In this document: in pieces, positions 58,707 through 64,000 of the stretch
Numbering within the stretch: the stretch's first letter is position 1
How the letters are laid out: the number at the start of each line of letters is the position of its first letter
NCBI GenBank assembly: GCA_963665665.1
Contig: OY762428.1
Span: 4,384,001 to 4,448,000 of the forward strand
Direction of reading: 5' to 3'
DNA length: 64,000 nt
Source of the DNA: Candidatus Kapaibacterium sp.
GTDB lineage: Bacteria; Bacteroidota; Ignavibacteria; Kapaibacteriales; UBA2268
Notes under the pieces: model-generated
Database searches by the model: none
What the model was told of the DNA's origin: nothing
The model's input: the letters and a program-made list of their open reading frames with translations, nothing else
Position numbers and translations under genes: made by a program

Positions 58707-61700
58707 ATGGAAAACTGGACACAATTAGAATATCTTGAATGGTATCGACAATTCCTTGAAGATGACTGGGAAGATTATATACAAGCTGCCCAAGAATATG
58801 GTATGAAGTATAAGGAATACAAAATTCTTCTTACTATGAAGCAAAAGTCAAATTCTTATAATGAGCCTTCTTTCAGCCAAATGCAATGGGCTAAGAAGAT
58901 TATAGAAAGATTGGATTTTCAACTTGATAAAGAGAATTTTGAAGAAACATTTAAAAAAGCAAATAATTGTGCATCTATGAATACCAAACACCTAACCGTA
59001 AGAATGGCCTGGCATGATAATTTTTGGAATGGACATATTTGTCAGGATCCCGAAAATAATATATACTGTAATGGATACAATTCGCTTCTATCAGACAGGA
59101 TAAGAAGGAGAAAACAAGTTGAAATTGAAAAACAATATTCTGGTAGACCTCTTCCTGAAATAGTCAAGAATGAGAATTATGTGCCTCCATGTTTTTGGTC
59201 TATCAATGCTTTTGGCAATGATGAACTACCAATCATACATGACAACCCGGCAAATGATAAAATTGTACCAATTAAAGAATCTCTTCATGCAAATTCTGTT
59301 TTTTCCTGGCCCTTTAAACTATCTTTTGTAAGGGACAACAAAGTTTTTCGTACAGAAGGCAAGTATCCTAAAAATTTAGAGGATATCCGAATCCCTAATT
59401 TTCAAAATAAATTAGTAGAAAAAAACAGTATTGTCTTTCTTTATGCTAATTATGATAATCCAATATCCGGTGATGATAATATTTCAGGGATTAGGCCGGC
59501 ATATTTACTTGTTGGATGTGCTTTATTAGCCAATAAAAAGTCTCCTACAAGATTCACAGAACCGCAAGAAGAATTCGATAAAGCAAAAAAACGACCGCAT
59601 TTACAAAACTTCCCAAACATAAATTGGGCTATTCAATATTCATTAGACCATAATTCTTTGGTAAGATTGCCATATCATGAATATCTGCTTGAGCGAGAAA
59701 AGATCAAAAACCAAGAAGATCGAGAAGTTTTTGATAAGGAGAAGATGAGCAAACTAAAAGTTACAATTACCGAACCTGAGCTTATACATTGTTTTAAATA
59801 TGTAGCAATGGATGTGGATGACGATGAAGCTATATATTTGCTGTCTAAAATTCGATACAGCCTCTATTCAATAAAAAATCAAGGGATTGTATCACAAGAA
59901 TTTGTAAATGACAATATCGAAAGAGTAGATAAACTTTTAAAGAATACATGGGATAAAAGAGGTTATTTCCCAGGCTTACCAAAATTATGTAGACTTGCAA
60001 AAGGATTAAAAAAAGACGATAAACTTGATATTGATAATCTTCTTAAAACAGTCTTTAAGAAAGAACAAAATATGGCTGTGAATAAGATCATTGAACTTTT
60101 TAATGATCCGGAAGCCGATGAAGAGTATTCAAAATTCGAAGACTCCCTTTATGATATAAAAGAATATTTTGAGGATATTAAGGGAATTGATATTGAACAA
60201 TTTTTTAGATTGTCCTTGCTCAACCTTACTTTTTATCAATTCGATAGGATTTTGAAAGGTGAAATACGATTGGATAATTACAGGATTGATTTGAAGGAAA
60301 TTGCTGAAAATCCGTACCTATTATATGAAGAGTATGAGTGCAGGATTGACCACGAAGACCCTTATACAGGTGATCAACTTGATAATCCGATTGAATTATT
60401 TAAAATAGATATTGCATATTTCCCTGACACAAGATACCTGAAAAGGCATAAACTTCAGAGAGCAATAAAAAGTTCTGATAAAAGAAGAGTAATATCTTTA
60501 ATTATTCAATATCTTCAAAAACTTGAAAATTATGGTCATTGCTTTGATGTTGCAGAAAATATACAAGAAGCATTAAAAGATTATCCATTGTTTTATAAGA
60601 TTGATGATGAATATCAACTCCCAAATAATCTGCTTAACGATTTTAATGAGGAATATGAGAAGCATTTAAAGTTAAAATTACATATTGAACCATATAACAA
60701 CAAGAACCTTTACTATCTTCTGAAAATATATGATGCAGAAATTCATATTAAGGAAATAATCTTAAAGCTATTAAAACATGAAGACATCAATATTGAATCT
60801 CCTGATTTTATAGATTATATAGAAACTTCTGCAAATCAATTAAGCGAAAGATTGCGAAGTAACTTCGAAAAAGATCAATTTATTGATGAACGATTAGAAC
60901 TTTTCGGAAATATTTTTAGAAAAAGATTTTATGTCCTCGGTGGTTCGCCTGGTTCAGGGAAATCATACGAATTATTAAAAGTAATATCGGAATTTAAAAA
61001 ACATAATGAAGAATACCTTTTATTGGCACCAACCGGTAAAGCTGTATTAAGACTCCGTAATGAAGAAGGTTTCGCAGATATAAAAGCAATGACTATTGAT
61101 AAGTTCATACATGATAGAATAAACAATAGGAATTCATCAACTTTTCGTAATCTGATTATTGACGAAATGTCAATGGTTGATTTATTGAAACTTGCTGAGC
61201 TATTTAATTTGATAAATTTTGATAGTCCGAATTTTAAAAGATTGATTTTTGTTGGCGACCAGTATCAACTTCCTCCTATAGGATATGGTAAAGTTTTTAT
61301 TGATACCTTGAATTATCTGAAACTTATGCCAGAGCATAGAGATCACTTTATTGAGCTTGAAACAAATTGTCGCCAGAAATTAGATAATGAGATATTAGAT
61401 TTCAGCAAAATATTCTCGAATCAGAATAAAAATTACGAAGAATATTTGATGACTATTAATAAAGACATACAAATTTCTGAGAATTTCCATATTTACTATT
61501 GGAAAAATAAGGAAGAATTATATCAAAAATTCGAAGACAGACTGTGTCAATTGCATTCAGAAGAGATCAATGATCCTAACATTGTATTAAATGAACTTTT
61601 CAATTTGGATGAAGATGGAAATATTATACCAAATCAGAAATACAACCCTGATGGTTTACAGCTATTATCGCCTTATAGAACTAACTATTATGGTACTATC

Positions 61701-62617
61701 AAAATTAATCATTATTTCCAAAATTCTTTCAGAGCTTCAGCGAGTTTTATTGATAAACGTAAAGTTGCGTTCAAGCATTCTGACAAAATATATCAAACAA
61801 AAAACAAATACGATTATGAGACAAAAGAACTTGTTTTATCAAATGGTTCCATAGGTATAGCTCAAAAAAACAAGAAACTATATTTTCCGGAATATGGGAA
61901 GCAACCAGTTCCTGATAAATTTCTTAATTCTGAGGAATTAGATCTTGCTTATTGTTTAACGGTTCACAAATCACAAGGTAGCGGTTTTGATAATATTTTT
62001 TTATATTGCCTGAGAAACTCTCATTATTGTCTCGAGAATTAATATATACCGCTTTAACAAGATCAAAAGAAAGCCTTTCAATTTTTATTGAAAAAGGAGT
62101 ATCAGAGAAGGAGAATAATACTTTATTTCATAAACTCAGGACAAGAAGTTATACTGAAACTCGAAAAACGAGTTTATTTATGCTTAACTATTGGGATTTT
62201 AGTTTAGAGCCTGAAAAGGGTGTATTCGTCAAATCAAGAGTAGAATACATTATTTACAAGAATCTCATAGAAGAATTACATAAGTATAAGGATTTTGAGT
62301 TTTTCTATGAACTACAACCGGAAATTAAAGGCAAAAAATTGATGATAAAAACTGATTTTACAATTATATCAAATAATGTTACTTATTACTGGGAACATTT
62401 AGGATTACTGGGGAATAATTACTACGAAAAGACATGGAGATTTAAAAGAAAAAAATATAATGAATTTGGTATCAAAGATACACTATTAACCACTGATGAG
62501 AAAAAAGGAATTAGTGATCCCAAAATCAAAGAAATTATAAATGACATCAGAAATGGAAATTTAAAAAATGAAGAAAAAAATAATCTCTATTCTGAATATC
62601 ATTGTTCATTGAGATAG
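58707..62617 (+). CDS. RecD-like SF1 helicase with C-terminal nuclease-like domain, split by a frameshift at T7 (61996-62002)
   Basis: GSPGSGKS, LAPTGKA, IIDEMSM, VGDQYQLPP, TVHKSQGS in ORF1; motif VI LIYTALTR and YYWEHLG in ORF2 (62006-62617). Confidence 0.82.
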
Positions 62618-62662
62618 TATTAATTATGATTTAGCCGTTTTCTTCATATATGGATAAAGATT

Positions 62663-63730
62663 ATGCCAAGACCAAGATCAAGAAAACAAAGATGGGATCA
62701 TCCATTATATAATATCGGTTTCTGCTTTAGCCGGGCAGGAATTGTTTATACTGAGATCAACGGAGCAAGGCTGACAACAAACTTGAAGTGGCATACAAAT
62801 AACAAAGAGCTTGCTTTAAGTATTCTCGAGAAACGGGTACTTGAACATCTTAATCCTAAAGTAGAAGAAGAGGAAGTGGCAAAGAAAACGGTTTTTGAGC
62901 TCATAAAAGAGTTCACTACAATTCATTTCCCAAATGTTTCAATTACTGCTCAAAGGAAATTTAATCAGGCCTGTACACATTTTATTAAAAAGGATTATTA
63001 TCTCGATGATTATGAATCAATAAAGAATCATGTTATTGCAAATTTGAAGAATAATAAACTTCACCAAAACACCAGACACAAATTAATTCAAGCTTTAAGG
63101 CAAATATTTACATATGGAGTTGAAGAGGGATATCTCGATCGTAATCCTGTAACTAAAAATATTATCCCAAAACCCGTAAAACCGGAATACGTTATTTTTT
63201 CTTTTGAAGAAGTAAAAAAATTAATAGAATATTTTCAGAAAAAAGAAAAGATAGAATTCAGCTTGCTACTTGAATTCTTATCAATAACCGCTGTTAGAAT
63301 CAATGAAGCCATTCAGATTAGTTGGTTGGATATTGATGAAGAAAAAATTACCATCCACGGTAAGGGTAATCGGGATCGCCCTTTCCCAATTCAAGCTTTT
63401 CCTGAAATAATTCCTATTTTAAAGAAGTTGGAAGAATTCAAAGATGTTAATAATGGTAAATTGTTTCGATGGAATTCTTATGCTAAATTAGAGAAATGGG
63501 TTAGAGATGCATTAAAAGATATGGGAATTGAAAATAAAGGTAATTTTCATGCTATAAGAAAGATGAGAGAGAATCAATTGATTCAGGACGAAGATTTGGA
63601 TCTGAACATTGTAGCAGAAATATTAGGTCATACTAAACGTGTACAAGAGAAACATTATCTTGATGTTTTAGGAGCAAAGAAGTTGACAGAGATAATTTTA
63701 CGAAGAAAAAACGGGAAAAAATTGATTTGA
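62663..63730 (+). CDS. int: Tyrosine recombinase / phage integrase
   Basis: TAVRINE (R), GKGNRDR (K), FHAIRK (HxxR), LGH, HY (Tyr). Confidence 0.93.
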   Translation: MPRPRSRKQRWDHPLYNIGFCFSRAGIVYTEINGARLTTNLKWHTNNKELALSILEKRVLEHLNPKVEEEEVAKKTVFELIKEFTTIHFPNVSITAQRKFNQACTHFIKKDYYLDDYESIKNHVIANLKNNKLHQNTRHKLIQALRQIFTYGVEEGYLDRNPVTKNIIPKPVKPEYVIFSFEEVKKLIEYFQKKEKIEFSLLLEFLSITAVRINEAIQISWLDIDEEKITIHGKGNRDRPFPIQAFPEIIPILKKLEEFKDVNNGKLFRWNSYAKLEKWVRDALKDMGIENKGNFHAIRKMRENQLIQDEDLDLNIVAEILGHTKRVQEKHYLDVLGAKKLTEIILRRKNGKKLI

Positions 63731-63745
63731 GAGAATGAAAAATAC

Positions 63746-63763
63746 TGTCCTATATATGTCCTA
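63746..63763. other. Candidate integrase arm-type sites
   Basis: Direct repeat TGTCCTA-tata-TGTCCTA between int and the att core. Confidence 0.4.
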
Positions 63764-63880
63764 AATTCAAGCAGTATTATACCAATTTTAGTAAAATTAT
63801 GAAAAACTTAGATTCTGTATAAACCGCTGCTATTCTAACTATATAACTTATTTTTTTGAATTTACAAAAATGGTATATGC

Positions 63881-63897
63881 ACTCCCGCCATCTCCAC
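63881..63897 (+). other. Putative att core: displaced 3' end of tmRNA (or tRNA)
   Basis: ACTCCCGCCATCTCCAC matches a T-arm/acceptor 3' half, with no upstream GGTTCG or 5' half. Confidence 0.7.
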
Positions 63898-63912
63898 TTA
63901 TATAATCATATA

Positions 63913-63941
63913 GCCTTTGTAAAATAGAAACTTACAAAGGC
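63913..63941 (+). terminator. Hairpin after att core
   Basis: GCCTTTGTAA-aatagaaac-TTACAAAGGC followed by a T-rich run. Confidence 0.65.
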
Positions 63942-64000
63942 ATTTCTTTTTTATACATGAATTTTCCATAAACTTTTCCGGTACATTATCCATCAAAATT

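Larger units (their letters stand above)
1..63897. mobile_element. Integrated temperate prophage (left end outside window), Mu-like head genes plus tyrosine integrase
   Basis: Contiguous tail, lysis, head, packaging, replication, repressor and integrase genes, ending at an att-like tmRNA/tRNA 3' fragment. Confidence 0.9.

Noticed and set aside
63860-63900. Complete tRNA or tmRNA gene
   Set aside because: Only a 17-nt 3' fragment is present, with no 5' half.

Overview
The window holds most of a temperate prophage from an FCB-group (Bacteroidota/Ignavibacteriota-like) host, inferred from TAnnTTTG-type promoters and cargo gene families. It runs from a tape-measure gene cut by the left edge to a tyrosine integrase and a putative att core matching a tmRNA/tRNA 3' end (63881-63897). 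The head and connector genes are Mu-like (terminase, portal, gpF, gpG, protease/scaffold, capsid, gp36, gp37) and there is a Mor-family activator, but no transposase is visible. Lysogeny and replication are instead lambdoid/T7-like (S24 repressor, Cro, Xis, DUF4373 initiator, primase-helicase). The late region is split into five leftward modules, each headed by the same spaced promoter-like motif, and four AT-rich morons sit next to these motifs; one moron looks like an integron-type cassette pair. A methyltransferase/PAPS-reductase/ParB module precedes the terminase. A ~14.5 kb host-like stress island carrying a full cyanophycin pathway (iaaA-cphB-cphA) lies inside the prophage next to a relic duplicate of the helicase 3' end. 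Heptamer-repeat arrays occur at six loci, two of them flanking an Avd-like four-helix-bundle gene. All calls come from reading the sequence and recalling family motifs; no database searches were run.
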